Of a stretch of 64,000 nt of DNA, positions 36,000 through 45,273 are shown piece by piece (the first letter of the stretch is position 1; each line of letters begins with the position of its first letter). Origin of the DNA: Candidatus Saccharimonadota bacterium. Lineage in GTDB: Bacteria > Patescibacteriota > Saccharimonadia > UBA4664. The stretch covers positions 66,485 to 130,484 of the forward strand of contig JACAFG010000001.1 of the NCBI GenBank assembly GCA_019352195.1. The letters are read 5' to 3'. The notes beneath the pieces are model-generated. The model did no database searches. It was not told the DNA's origin and saw only the letters and a list, made by a program, of their open reading frames with translations. The position numbers and the translations under genes were made by a program.

Positions 36000-37130
36000 C
36001 TAAGGTAGTCCAATTGTGGTCCTTATCCGGCTGAGCGTGTAAGTATAACCAGGTAGCTGATACTCGCCGCTGGATGTGGTTACGGCCGTCCTATAACCAG
36101 CTGCCGCCACTATTTTTACCGTATCCGAATCGTAGTTTCCGTACGGATAGGAGAAATCATAAATTGAATGGCCAATTTCGTGTTCAATCGCCGTTTTTGA
36201 GTCGGCAATCTCGTGCCGCTGCTCATCGACTGGTAGGGTTGCTAGCTCAAGGTGATTAAGTGAGTGGCCACCAATGGTGATCAGACCGCTGGCATCTAGC
36301 AGGCGAATTTGATTCCACGAGAGGTACGCATCACCGCAGCCCGCCGCCGGTTGCATGGGGTCGTTATAGCGCCGCCCAGCTCCAATGCACCAGCGGCTTT
36401 CAGTACCGCCATTGATAATGTAGTACGTCGCTTTCATGTTGTGAGCCTTGAGCATATCAAACGCCTGCATCTGGTTCTCAAAACCATCGTCAAAAGTGAG
36501 TACCACCGGTTTGGCCGGCAGCGGGCCTCCCAAGGTGAGCGCCGCATAGACCGTTTTGAGATCAATCACGGTGTAATTATGCGCCTGCAGATAATCCAGT
36601 TCATCGTTGAAGTCGGCGGGAGTGTAGTGATAAATGACAATCGGAATAAACAGTCCGCTCGGCGATACGCTCGAAAATGGCGTTGGGGTTGGCACGGTAG
36701 CTACCACCGCTCCGGAACCTAGTAACGATAATTGGCCGCGCCAGTTACCGAGCTGACCTTCAAGCTGCTTAATGTTGGTCTCAGCCGCGATGTATTGGCC
36801 ACTGGCAGCTTGCAGCGATATATTAGAGACCTTGCCCGCCAACATTCCCGGCGCGACCAAGCTGGCATCATTACGCGCCTGCAGCGAATTAAAACTATGG
36901 ACATCGTTTTGGAGCTTGGCTAAATCTTGTCGTAGTTTCAGCGGGTAACCCGTGTAAATGCCGGTACCCGTTGGCGCAGGCCAGTTGGTAACGACAGCGT
37001 AAATGGCCGCGGTAACAATAAGCAATAAGCCCAAAAAAATGAGTCGGCGTTGGGGGAAGAGTTTCGCCTTTGCCTGAGGCAGGGCTTTCGCCTTCAATTT
37101 GCGTTTAGCTTTTGATTTAGACCTGGTCAT
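36000..37130 (-). CDS. membrane-anchored polysaccharide deacetylase (CE4)
   Basis: PIVIYH, LTFDDG, GHSLNH, FSYPYG. Confidence 0.92.
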   Translation of the reverse strand: MTRSKSKAKRKLKAKALPQAKAKLFPQRRLIFLGLLLIVTAAIYAVVTNWPAPTGTGIYTGYPLKLRQDLAKLQNDVHSFNSLQARNDASLVAPGMLAGKVSNISLQAASGQYIAAETNIKQLEGQLGNWRGQLSLLGSGAVVATVPTPTPFSSVSPSGLFIPIVIYHYTPADFNDELDYLQAHNYTVIDLKTVYAALTLGGPLPAKPVVLTFDDGFENQMQAFDMLKAHNMKATYYIINGGTESRWCIGAGRRYNDPMQPAAGCGDAYLSWNQIRLLDASGLITIGGHSLNHLELATLPVDEQRHEIADSKTAIEHEIGHSIYDFSYPYGNYDSDTVKIVAAAGYRTAVTTSSGEYQLPGYTYTLSRIRTTIGLP

Positions 37131-37153
37131 TAGAACCGATTATAAGGTTGGCC

Positions 37154-37651
37154 TTAGGAGGTTGGCAATTCCACCTTGGCCTGATGACGGCGATATTCAA
37201 TGATCGTAAGCCAGACTACTAAGCCATCTATAACCGTCAGCAGCCCATCGAATACCCAATGGCCTTCGGTAAAAATTCGGTATATTTGGTACAGCATAAA
37301 CAAAATCAAAACTACGATTGCCGCCGGATACAAGGCGTATTTACGGCTTAACAGAGCTATCACAAGCCCTACCTTTATGACGCCGTGAAGCAATAAATAA
37401 GCGGCGGTATACATTTGGATTCCCGGCGTAAAACTATGCCCCAGTGAGGTCACCGCATGCGTTAACCAGTCGTGATCTACTACCAGATCATTTTGGCCAA
37501 TAGTTATGATCCAGGCATGCAGCGACGCGCTTGGGACGAGCAGTAAGGCTAGGCCGCCAATCAGCTCCAGAGCACCGTCAATACCCTTAAAAACCAGAAC
37601 AATCTTAAACCAGCGGTCAAGCCATGTTTGTGAAATTGGGTGATCGTGCAT
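37154..37651 (-). CDS. DUF2127-family membrane protein
   Basis: FKGIDGALELIGG, YLLLHGVIK, YQIYR, IEYRR. Confidence 0.85.
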   Translation of the reverse strand: MHDHPISQTWLDRWFKIVLVFKGIDGALELIGGLALLLVPSASLHAWIITIGQNDLVVDHDWLTHAVTSLGHSFTPGIQMYTAAYLLLHGVIKVGLVIALLSRKYALYPAAIVVLILFMLYQIYRIFTEGHWVFDGLLTVIDGLVVWLTIIEYRRHQAKVELPTS

Positions 37652-37660
37652 AGATTAAGC

Positions 37661-38377
37661 CTACAGTGAATCAACAAATCGCGCGAGCGTCGTACGCAAT
37701 TTTGGCGCCGACCACAAGCCTACGATAAACGGCGCCAAGATAGTGAAGTGGCTTTGGAAGCGATAATTTAGCATATCGACGCGGCCACCATGCTCCTTAA
37801 GTGCTTTAGCGAGTAATACCGAAACATGAGGGCGCACAATAGCATCCATCTGGCCGTGTACGAGCAGCGCCGGTACGGGCAGCTGATTGATGAGTTTCGT
37901 CGTCCGCCAGCTTTGTTCGCCCGTTTCTAATATCGGCCGAAGTGACCGAGCCGGATCAAAATCGTAGCCTCCAGCGAGGCCTATAAAACCGTCGATTGCC
38001 CCTGCTTCGCCTATGGCCCTCAGGTACGTGGAATCAAACGCCACCGCGCCTGCAATTTGACCACCCGCCGAGTGTCCCATGGCAACGAGGCGCTTGGGTT
38101 TGAGCCGATGTTTAGCAAATGCCACCGCCAAAGCCGCGTCTTCGGCAAACACGGGCCACACTACTTCGGGATAAAGCCGGTAATTTGGTATTACTACGGT
38201 GTAGCCGAGCCGTACTAAAGCCCTGCCCACATAATGGTAAGATTTTTTATCACCGCGCTGCCACGACCCACCGTGCCAAAATATGATGACCGTCTCGTTA
38301 CTGGCTTTACTCGGTGCATAAACATCGGCCCGTTGACGGGGATGGGGGCCGTAAGCTTGGTTAGTTGTAATCCGCAT
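37661..38377 (-). CDS. alpha/beta hydrolase (esterase/lipase)
   Basis: HGGSW, NYRLYP, GHSAGG, HGQMD..V and C-terminal His. Confidence 0.92.
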   Translation of the reverse strand: MRITTNQAYGPHPRQRADVYAPSKASNETVIIFWHGGSWQRGDKKSYHYVGRALVRLGYTVVIPNYRLYPEVVWPVFAEDAALAVAFAKHRLKPKRLVAMGHSAGGQIAGAVAFDSTYLRAIGEAGAIDGFIGLAGGYDFDPARSLRPILETGEQSWRTTKLINQLPVPALLVHGQMDAIVRPHVSVLLAKALKEHGGRVDMLNYRFQSHFTILAPFIVGLWSAPKLRTTLARFVDSL

Positions 38378-38654
38378 CTATGTATTTTATCGCTATCTCA
38401 AAACAAAATCGAGTGACCTACGTTGGATTGGGTAAACTTCTGATACATTCCCATTTCAGGCGAGCTCTCCCGCTCCTGGGTTGCGCCGTCTCAGGCTATT
38501 AAGAGCAACCAATCCTTATTTACATATGATGCGATTAACTTGCTTGTCAGCTCATACTGTAGGGTGATGTTAGGGCTTCAGTTTCACCATAACTTCGTAT
38601 AAGCCGCCTCTCAACTATTCTTTGTAAGCTTGCTTTGTAACTAGGGGACCCAAC

Positions 38655-38852
38655 ATGAAAACCACCGATCACCACTTAGCTGCTCTTGAACGTTTAAGTA
38701 AATATCCACAACTCATAATTAATGCCGGCAAATCTACGCCTGCCAAAGCACGCCGGTTATACGTCCATCAGATAGCGTTTTTGGCCAACATCTACGGCGT
38801 TACGGCCACTCAGCTTGAACAGCGGCTTAGCGCTCGTCGTCAATTTATTTAG
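38655..38852 (+). CDS. small hypothetical protein
   Basis: AGGGGA upstream of ATG; 65-aa ORF. Confidence 0.55.
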   Translation: MKTTDHHLAALERLSKYPQLIINAGKSTPAKARRLYVHQIAFLANIYGVTATQLEQRLSARRQFI

Positions 38853-39014
38853 GCTGCTAATTATTACATGAGGAGACCAACTATGAATCATGCAACTTCC
38901 AAATCGCGCCTGCCTTACAAAATGCGAATGCGACAGCGCTGGCAGCACAAGCACGCCAAGCACCTCGGTAACTAGCTAATTTCGTTTACGGTACGAGGTA
39001 ATATCAAAGTCATG

Positions 39015-39047
39015 TCTCAGTTTCGTCTCAACTAAGTACGCTAATAT
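39015..39047 (+). promoter_or_regulatory. OmpR/MprA-type direct-repeat box plus -10
   Basis: TCTCAG (39015)-5 nt-TCTCAA (39026); TAATAT 39042-39047, 6 nt before ATG. Confidence 0.6.
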
Positions 39048-39053
39048 GAGGTC

Positions 39054-39731
39054 ATGAGAGTTTTAATCATCGAAGACGAACACAAGATTGCGGCTGCGCT
39101 CAAGCGCGGCCTCGACCGCGAAGGCTACGCCACCGACCTAGCTTACAACTCGGATGACGGTCTCGATGCAGCCTTAAGCGGCGATTACGAGCTCATTGTG
39201 CTCGATCGCATGCTCCCAGGTTCACTCGAAGGCCTCGAGGTTTGCCAGCAGCTGCGTACTAACAAAATTCATACGCCAATTATTATGCTCACCGCCAAAG
39301 ATAACATCAACGACCGTGTAGCAGGACTGAATGCAGGCGCCGACGACTATTTGGTAAAACCGTTTGCCTTCGAAGAACTGGTCGCACGTATGCGCGCCCT
39401 TATGCGTCGGCCGGGTGAGGCTTTAACGACTGTGTTGACAGCCGGCGATCTCACACTTAACACCACCACCTACGAGGTTCGCCGCGACGGTAAACTTATC
39501 ACCCTATCCAATAAAGAATTTACCCTGCTGCACTACCTTATGCGTCACCAAAACCAAGTCTTATCCAAAAATAACATCATCGCTCACGTCTGGGATTTTG
39601 ACGCCGACATTTTAGACAATACTGTCGAGGTCTACATCGGATACTTGCGTAACAAAATTGACAAGCCGTTTAAGTCTCCCAGTCTTATCCATACCATTCG
39701 TGGGTTCGGCTATCGACTCGGAGCCGAATAA
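39054..39731 (+). CDS. OmpR/PhoB-family response regulator (close paralogue of 23700-24377)
   Basis: Long identical stretches such as EDEHKIA, LDRMLPG, DRVAGLNAGADDYLVKPFAFEEL, GYLRNKID. Confidence 0.96.
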   Translation: MRVLIIEDEHKIAAALKRGLDREGYATDLAYNSDDGLDAALSGDYELIVLDRMLPGSLEGLEVCQQLRTNKIHTPIIMLTAKDNINDRVAGLNAGADDYLVKPFAFEELVARMRALMRRPGEALTTVLTAGDLTLNTTTYEVRRDGKLITLSNKEFTLLHYLMRHQNQVLSKNNIIAHVWDFDADILDNTVEVYIGYLRNKIDKPFKSPSLIHTIRGFGYRLGAE

Positions 39732-40801
39732 TGAACTGGCTGAGCCACCTGCCAGTTCGCTTGCGCCAGCTATGGGACGACGAACCAGCCGTTCGTCTTG
39801 CTGCGGGATACGCCTTCATTTTGCTTATCTTAAGCTTAATTTTCAGTTTCGTTTTGTATCATTTTGCAGTTGGTCAACTGGCTCGTGGCCTCAATCATCA
39901 ATACCTGGAATATAGGGGGGAAGCTCCTACGGGGCCGTTTGATCCCTCGCATATCCCGACGGGAGTTCAATCGTATCTCGATGATGGCCGTCACAACCTG
40001 ATCCTAAACCTTGTCTATTTCAACGTAGTGATTATTGTTTTGGGTGCCGGCCTCAGCTATTTGCTCGCTAAACGCACCTTCCGTCCCATCGAAGAAGCAT
40101 TAGCCTCTCAGCGCCGCTTCGCTTCCGATGCCTCCCACGAACTGCGGACGCCGTTGGCGGTTATGCAGACTGAAATCGAAATTGCTCGTGCCGATCCCAG
40201 GCTCAGCCGCGACGAGGCCATCGAACTGCTGGGAAGTAACTTAGATGAGGTGAAAAAGCTCCATCAGTTATCAGACAGCTTGTTGCGTCTTGCCCGTTCG
40301 GAAGGCCGAAGCCTCACCCTCACCAACGTGTCGCTGTCGCGCGTCGCCGATGACGCGGTCGATCGGTTAGCTGGCGCCGCCAAAGCTAAACGAATTCAAC
40401 TGATTAATGACACTACGGCTGTGATCGTGTTAGCGGATCATGAAACCTTGGCCGAATTGGCGGCAATATTGCTCGATAATGCTATCAAATACAGCCCGGA
40501 CGGCTCCACGGTTACATTAACCACCGCCGTTCAGGGACACGCCGGCTGGCTCACCATTATCGACCACGGTCCCGGTATTGCCGCCAGCGATCTGCCGCAT
40601 ATTTTCGACCGGTTTTACCGCGCTGACAAATCTCGAACGGGCGGCCAAGCGTCGGGCCATGGGCTCGGCCTTTCACTAGCCAAACATATAGCGGAGCTCA
40701 ATGAAGCCGAAATTGTGGCAACCAGTCAGCTTGGAAAAGGCTCGAGCTTTACGATCAAAGCGCGTCTGGGGGAGGACGAACTTTCTCAGCTGGAAGGGTA
40801 G
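39731..40801 (+). CDS. sensor histidine kinase (paralogue of 24374-25435)
   Basis: DASHELRTP, ILLDNAIKYS, GIAASDLPHIFDRFYRAD. Confidence 0.96.
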   Translation: MNWLSHLPVRLRQLWDDEPAVRLAAGYAFILLILSLIFSFVLYHFAVGQLARGLNHQYLEYRGEAPTGPFDPSHIPTGVQSYLDDGRHNLILNLVYFNVVIIVLGAGLSYLLAKRTFRPIEEALASQRRFASDASHELRTPLAVMQTEIEIARADPRLSRDEAIELLGSNLDEVKKLHQLSDSLLRLARSEGRSLTLTNVSLSRVADDAVDRLAGAAKAKRIQLINDTTAVIVLADHETLAELAAILLDNAIKYSPDGSTVTLTTAVQGHAGWLTIIDHGPGIAASDLPHIFDRFYRADKSRTGGQASGHGLGLSLAKHIAELNEAEIVATSQLGKGSSFTIKARLGEDELSQLEG

Positions 40802-40833
40802 CGGCAGGTTACAGTTTCGCCTAAGATTCGCCC

Positions 40834-40852
40834 CAGCTCAGAAACAGCTCAG
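40834..40852 (+). promoter_or_regulatory. direct-repeat box upstream of DUF5666-like gene
   Basis: CAGCTCAG-AAA-CAGCTCAG, 11-bp period. Confidence 0.6.
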
Positions 40853-40894
40853 TTTTGTAGAGTAGATTCAAACTTACAGGAGTCCAAACCTACT

Positions 40895-41353
40895 ATGAAT
40901 CAAAAACGTGTGATCTCGGCTGTTGCTTTTATCGTCATTGCAATTGGTGCGTTCGTTGGCGGTGTCCAATATCAAAAACACGCCGGTTCCACTATCGCCT
41001 CAGCGGCTAATGCCCGCGGAGGCTTTGGCCCTGGAATTGTCGCCCAACGCGGCGCGCGTGGTGTTTTTGGCACGGTTTCAGCCATTAATGGCACTACCTT
41101 AACGGTAACTAGTGAGCTCGGCACCACTACTACCTACACCGTCAACACATCGGCATCTACCACCTACACCGATGGCACTGGCGCTTCCACCACGGCCAGC
41201 AGCCTCGCTACCGGAGATACGGTAATCGTACAGGGGACTAAGTCTGGTACTACGGTTACAGCCACGGCCATCCGCATCAACCCGGAATTTGGTGGAGGAA
41301 TGGGGGGCGGGCCAACTTCCGGTTCGGCCGATCCTAACGCGTCAACCAACTAA
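40895..41353 (+). CDS. membrane-anchored DUF5666-like beta-barrel protein
   Basis: AFVGGVQY TM helix; GTVSAINGTTLTV...L.TGDTV.VQG......VTATAI. Confidence 0.75.
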   Translation: MNQKRVISAVAFIVIAIGAFVGGVQYQKHAGSTIASAANARGGFGPGIVAQRGARGVFGTVSAINGTTLTVTSELGTTTTYTVNTSASTTYTDGTGASTTASSLATGDTVIVQGTKSGTTVTATAIRINPEFGGGMGGGPTSGSADPNASTN

Positions 41354-41371
41354 ATAATCTTCCAAATAGAG

Positions 41372-41403
41372 AATGCCCCGCCGACAAGGTCGGCGGGGCA
41401 TTT
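41372..41403. terminator. terminator between convergent genes
   Basis: AATGCCCCGCCGAC-AAG-GTCGGCGGGGCATT. Confidence 0.8.
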
Positions 41404-41417
41404 CGGTCTCGGTCGGG

Positions 41418-41978
41418 TCAGGACAGCAGCAGCATCAGCCCAAAGCTGCCGACTCGGTCGACGTAGGGGAGAGCCTCGAAGGTATCAGATAACGCCCAAG
41501 AGTCGCCGAAACTGCCATCGTTACCAATGACTCGGCCACACGAGCGGCCATCGCAGTTGACGCTGGTGGCGATGCTCGGCCGGTCGTCTGCCTCCTCGTC
41601 CGGGCGCTTATTGTAGAACCGGCGGATTAGGTCTGAGAGTTGGGCCAAGGCCAGTTCTTCTCGCAATACGGCATGTGCTTCGGCGAGTCCGTTGCGTTTG
41701 GGCGGGAAGAAATCGAGTTCGATGTCCTCCGTGTTGGAGGAAGCCACACCCATAGGCATGTGGCGGATCGCGATCTCTTCGAATGCATAGCTCATGGCCA
41801 GCTCTCCGGGCAGCCGCCCGTCGATTTCGCGCATGAGGTCGGCAAAGCTTCCCTGAAGCCAAGCCGATAAATCTTTGGTGGCCTGCTGCCGCGTTGTCTG
41901 CGACCCGTTCGCATCCTTCTTCCAAGCGCTGGTGGGGGTGAAATCCTGGGCGGTCATCATAACTACTACTACGGGCAT
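41418..41978 (-). CDS. hypothetical protein
   Basis: AGGAG ribosome-binding site upstream of ATG; GC-rich codons. Confidence 0.65.
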   Translation of the reverse strand: MPVVVVMMTAQDFTPTSAWKKDANGSQTTRQQATKDLSAWLQGSFADLMREIDGRLPGELAMSYAFEEIAIRHMPMGVASSNTEDIELDFFPPKRNGLAEAHAVLREELALAQLSDLIRRFYNKRPDEEADDRPSIATSVNCDGRSCGRVIGNDGSFGDSWALSDTFEALPYVDRVGSFGLMLLLS

Positions 41979-42005
41979 GACGTGCTCCTAGGGTAGAGGA
42001 TTCGG

Positions 42006-42620
42006 TCAGCTCAAGGTGGTCAAGCTGTTATCACCGGCGAGCCGTGTCAGTGCGTAGGTGAGTTCCGCCGCGGGGCAGTTGTCGTTGGCATACCAGCTGT
42101 TCTTCGGGTGGTCTGCCTCCGACTGCTTGCGAGCGGAGTCGAGCGCACAATTGAAGTCGGCAACGAAGCGCGTCACCAGCATGCGGTCCTGGAGCTCTTT
42201 CTGGCCGCTCCCCCCGGCGAAGGTGCCGTCGAGGAGTGCGGAGAAGCCCCACTTGAAGTAACGATCCGGAATGGTGCGCTTCATGGTATAGACCGCGATA
42301 CCGGCCTCCTGGCCGTGGTCACGGTGTATCACCACCTTGGCGAGAGCGTTCACTAGCAGCCCGTCACCGTTGTTGCCCACGGCGATGGTCGCCAGAATGC
42401 AGTCGGTGCTTGGCCGCCAGTTCGGTGCGGCCGGATCGAGGATTACCATCCCGAAGGAGTCGCTCAGGTACTCGCCCGATTCGTAGCCCCGCCGCACTTC
42501 GTTGTCGAGTTGCCGCCCCATCTCGTAGACCAGCTTGGCCAGTTCGCCGGGAGGGAACGTGTCGTTCCAATTGCCAGCGCTGACGCGGACTCGCGGAGCC
42601 ATGCGAGTGGGAATGGTCAT
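42006..42620 (-). CDS. hypothetical protein
   Basis: GAAAGG upstream of ATG; 204-aa ORF with GC-rich codons. Confidence 0.7.
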   Translation of the reverse strand: MTIPTRMAPRVRVSAGNWNDTFPPGELAKLVYEMGRQLDNEVRRGYESGEYLSDSFGMVILDPAAPNWRPSTDCILATIAVGNNGDGLLVNALAKVVIHRDHGQEAGIAVYTMKRTIPDRYFKWGFSALLDGTFAGGSGQKELQDRMLVTRFVADFNCALDSARKQSEADHPKNSWYANDNCPAAELTYALTRLAGDNSLTTLS

Positions 42621-42783
42621 TTTCTAGCCTTTCGTCAGAGGTGTACAGCGAACCAAAAGCGAACCTCGTTTCTAGATCGCTGCACGCCGCTCGAAAGGTT
42701 AATGCAAAAAAACCGTCGGCTCAAAACCGAATTGGCTCATAATAGCATAAAAAGTAACAAAAGTCAAAGAACTTAAGCTAATT

Positions 42784-43833
42784 TTAGCCAAATATGAGGT
42801 TGGCCGCCTGGGCGCGCACCTCGTTGATGCCGTCGCGCGTGCCAGGCCGGTCAGGATACGTTCGGTTACTCAGTAGTACCATGGCCTTATTTTGATCCGG
42901 ATCAATCAGAACTAATGAGCCCGTGAAGCCGGTTTTGCCAAATCCATTGGTGCTCATTTTAGTGCCCATGAAACGTTCCTGGCCCATCTCCCAGCCCAAC
43001 CCGGCGGCTTGGCCGATACCAGCCAGCTGATTGGTGTGCATGGCGGCGATTGTCGCCGTATCAAAGTAGCGCTGGTCATTTAACTCACCGCCACCGAGCA
43101 ACATGTCGCAAAACGTTAGTAAATCACCGGCGGTTGAAAAGACGCCAGCATTGCCGGCAATAAGGCCGCTTTCACGTAGTGCCCAAGCTGTCTCGTCGTG
43201 CACTTGTCCGACAATTTCGCCGCGGTCGGTAATTTCGGTGGGTGCAATGTCGCGCTTACCCAATTTTTCGGCGTGAAAAGTAGTGGAAGTCATACCGAGC
43301 GGCTCGAAAAAGCGTTCGGTGGCCACTTGGTCGAGAGGTTTGCCAAGCACCCGCTCAATGATGAGGCCCAGCAAAATGGCCGGCGCGTTGGTGTAAAAAT
43401 AAATTGTTCCGGGAGCAGCCTTCAGCGGCGAATGAAATAGTACGTCATAAACTGCTGAGCTGCCTTTCTTAGCTGTCGCTCCCAAGCCTTCGGCTAGATC
43501 ATATACCACCGTGTAGGTCATGAGGTGACGAATTAGCATAGTCTCGCGGTACTCATTATCAATTTCCGGCAGATACAAAATTACCTTATCATCAAGTGAA
43601 ATACGCCCCTGTTCAACGAGCTGCATAATGAGCGCATTAACCGGAATACTCTTGGTTACCGAGGCGACGTCGTACACGGTCTCAGCAGTTACCGCCGGCG
43701 ACGATGGGTCGTAAGTGAGGTGTCCGCGACTAATAACTGTGCGCTTCCCGGCATCACTAAAGCCTAGCACGGCGCCCGGAAAGACGTTGGCTAAAATTGC
43801 GCTGTTCAAAATAGCGGTTAGATCGTTGTTCAT
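42784..43833 (-). CDS. serine hydrolase, beta-lactamase/AmpC-like family
   Basis: ASVTK (SxxK), YTN, VHDE, GNAGVFST, GKTGFTG, LLSNR. Confidence 0.92.
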   Translation of the reverse strand: MNNDLTAILNSAILANVFPGAVLGFSDAGKRTVISRGHLTYDPSSPAVTAETVYDVASVTKSIPVNALIMQLVEQGRISLDDKVILYLPEIDNEYRETMLIRHLMTYTVVYDLAEGLGATAKKGSSAVYDVLFHSPLKAAPGTIYFYTNAPAILLGLIIERVLGKPLDQVATERFFEPLGMTSTTFHAEKLGKRDIAPTEITDRGEIVGQVHDETAWALRESGLIAGNAGVFSTAGDLLTFCDMLLGGGELNDQRYFDTATIAAMHTNQLAGIGQAAGLGWEMGQERFMGTKMSTNGFGKTGFTGSLVLIDPDQNKAMVLLSNRTYPDRPGTRDGINEVRAQAANLIFG

Positions 43834-43871
43834 GGGCTTAGTATAATACCCGTATAACGTTTGGGGGAAAA

Positions 43872-44153
43872 ATGTGTCGCAACATCAAGCCGCTGTATAA
43901 CTTTGATCCGCCCGCCACGGGTGACGAAATTGAGGCCGCCGCACTCCAGTTTGTGCGCAAGATTTCTGGTTTTAATGCGCCGTCGGCTGCCAATGAAGCG
44001 GCTTTTAATGCGGCCGTTCACGACATTGCCCACATCGCCGGTCATTTGCTAACGGATCTCGTAACTTCGGCCGCGCCTAAAGACCGCGCAACCGTCGCAG
44101 CGCAGCATCGCGCGCGTATCGCCAAACGTTTCCCCGAGCCTTACGCTGATTAA
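43872..44153 (+). CDS. DUF2277-family protein
   Basis: MCRNIKPLYNFDPPAT.DEI.AAALQFVRKISG. Confidence 0.88.
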   Translation: MCRNIKPLYNFDPPATGDEIEAAALQFVRKISGFNAPSAANEAAFNAAVHDIAHIAGHLLTDLVTSAAPKDRATVAAQHRARIAKRFPEPYAD

Positions 44154-44249
44154 CATGACGATCCCCCGCCGCAAGGTTCTGCGACGGGGGACTATGGTCC
44201 GAGGCGCTTCACTCGCCCGCGACCGTTGATAGCCTACGATATGGCTATG

Positions 44250-44444
44250 CTTAAAGCCTTCAAAATCTTCAGCACCGTTGGCTAAAACTCCGTTCTCAGC
44301 TTCGAACCCAAGCGGGCTGCCGGCCGCAAAAATCCGCCACACCACTGCGATGCCGATAACCGCGGTCAGCCCGGCCATCGCCAGCAGCCCACTACGTGAG
44401 ATCTCGCGGCGAGCACGCATTGGACGGGATGTGACCTTGTTCAT
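44250..44444 (-). pseudogene. probable remnant of a secreted/surface protein (TM anchor plus start of an extracellular domain)
   Basis: MNKVTSRPM...TM...IFAAGSPLGFEAENG.L then loses protein-like character and runs into the convergent gene; limits approximate. Confidence 0.35.
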
Positions 44445-44535
44445 AATGCTTATGATTATATAATAGAACAATTTAAGCAAGTTAGCCCCAGCTTCCGGGC
44501 GGGCGTATAGTTATGCCATAACGAGAAAGATAGAT

Positions 44536-44910
44536 ATGAAGCACCAAGTTGTTACCGCTAATACCAAATCTGCCCACCTACTGTCTCAGGGCATTAGTGC
44601 TGGTGGTTTTATCTTTGTTTCGGGCCAAGTTCATGCCGGATCAGATATGGTCCTAAGCCAGGGCACAACTGCCGATAAAGTAGAACTAATTATGAAAAAT
44701 ATTGCCGAGGTGCTGACAGCAGCGGGCGCGCGCTTGGATGATATCGTCAAAGTGATCATTTATGTCACCGACATGGCACTTATGCCCGAGATCAACGCGG
44801 TGTATCCAACTTATTTTCAAGATTCACTACCGGTCCGTGAAGCTGTCTGTGTAGCTGCTTTGCCCCTGGGAGCATCAATCGAAATGAGCGTCATAGCGGT
44901 TCAAAACTAG
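44536..44910 (+). CDS. RidA/YjgF family protein
   Basis: SQG, FVSGQ, DIVKV.IY.TDM, N.VY..YF...PVR, LPLGA.IEM. Confidence 0.92.
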   Translation: MKHQVVTANTKSAHLLSQGISAGGFIFVSGQVHAGSDMVLSQGTTADKVELIMKNIAEVLTAAGARLDDIVKVIIYVTDMALMPEINAVYPTYFQDSLPVREAVCVAALPLGASIEMSVIAVQN

Positions 44911-45013
44911 CCACCGTTGAGCGATTATCAGACCTGCCAGAGTTAAGATCTTGAACGTTGCCATTTATCACCTCTTGTCACAAAACCAAGCGGTGATCAA
45001 ACTGACGCAAGAC

Positions 45014-45039
45014 AAAACCCTCACCGAAGTGAGAGTTTT
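45014..45039 (-). terminator. intrinsic terminator after tRNA-Glu
   Basis: Minus strand AAAACTCTCAC-TTCG-GTGAGGGTTTT. Confidence 0.8.
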
Positions 45040-45043
45040 ATCT

Positions 45044-45118
45044 TGGTAGTCCCACGGGGAATCGAACCCCGGTTACCAGGATGAAAACCTGGCGTCCTAA
45101 CCGTTAGACGATGGGACC
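45044..45118 (-). tRNA. tRNA-Glu(TTC)
   Basis: Reverse complement GGTCCCA...CCAGG-TTTTCAT-CCTGG...GTTCGATT...TGGGACT-A-CCA. Confidence 0.96.
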
Positions 45119-45273
45119 ATATGAAGTTGAGAGCCTATTTGGAGAAATCCCAATTGGCCATAGAACCGCTCAATGCTATCATTTATAAGCTCAAAACTCA
45201 ATAAACTAGCCTCACGCTCACGGCTAAGCTAAAATGATATGAGATTATTACGCATTTAACACCAAAGGATACT

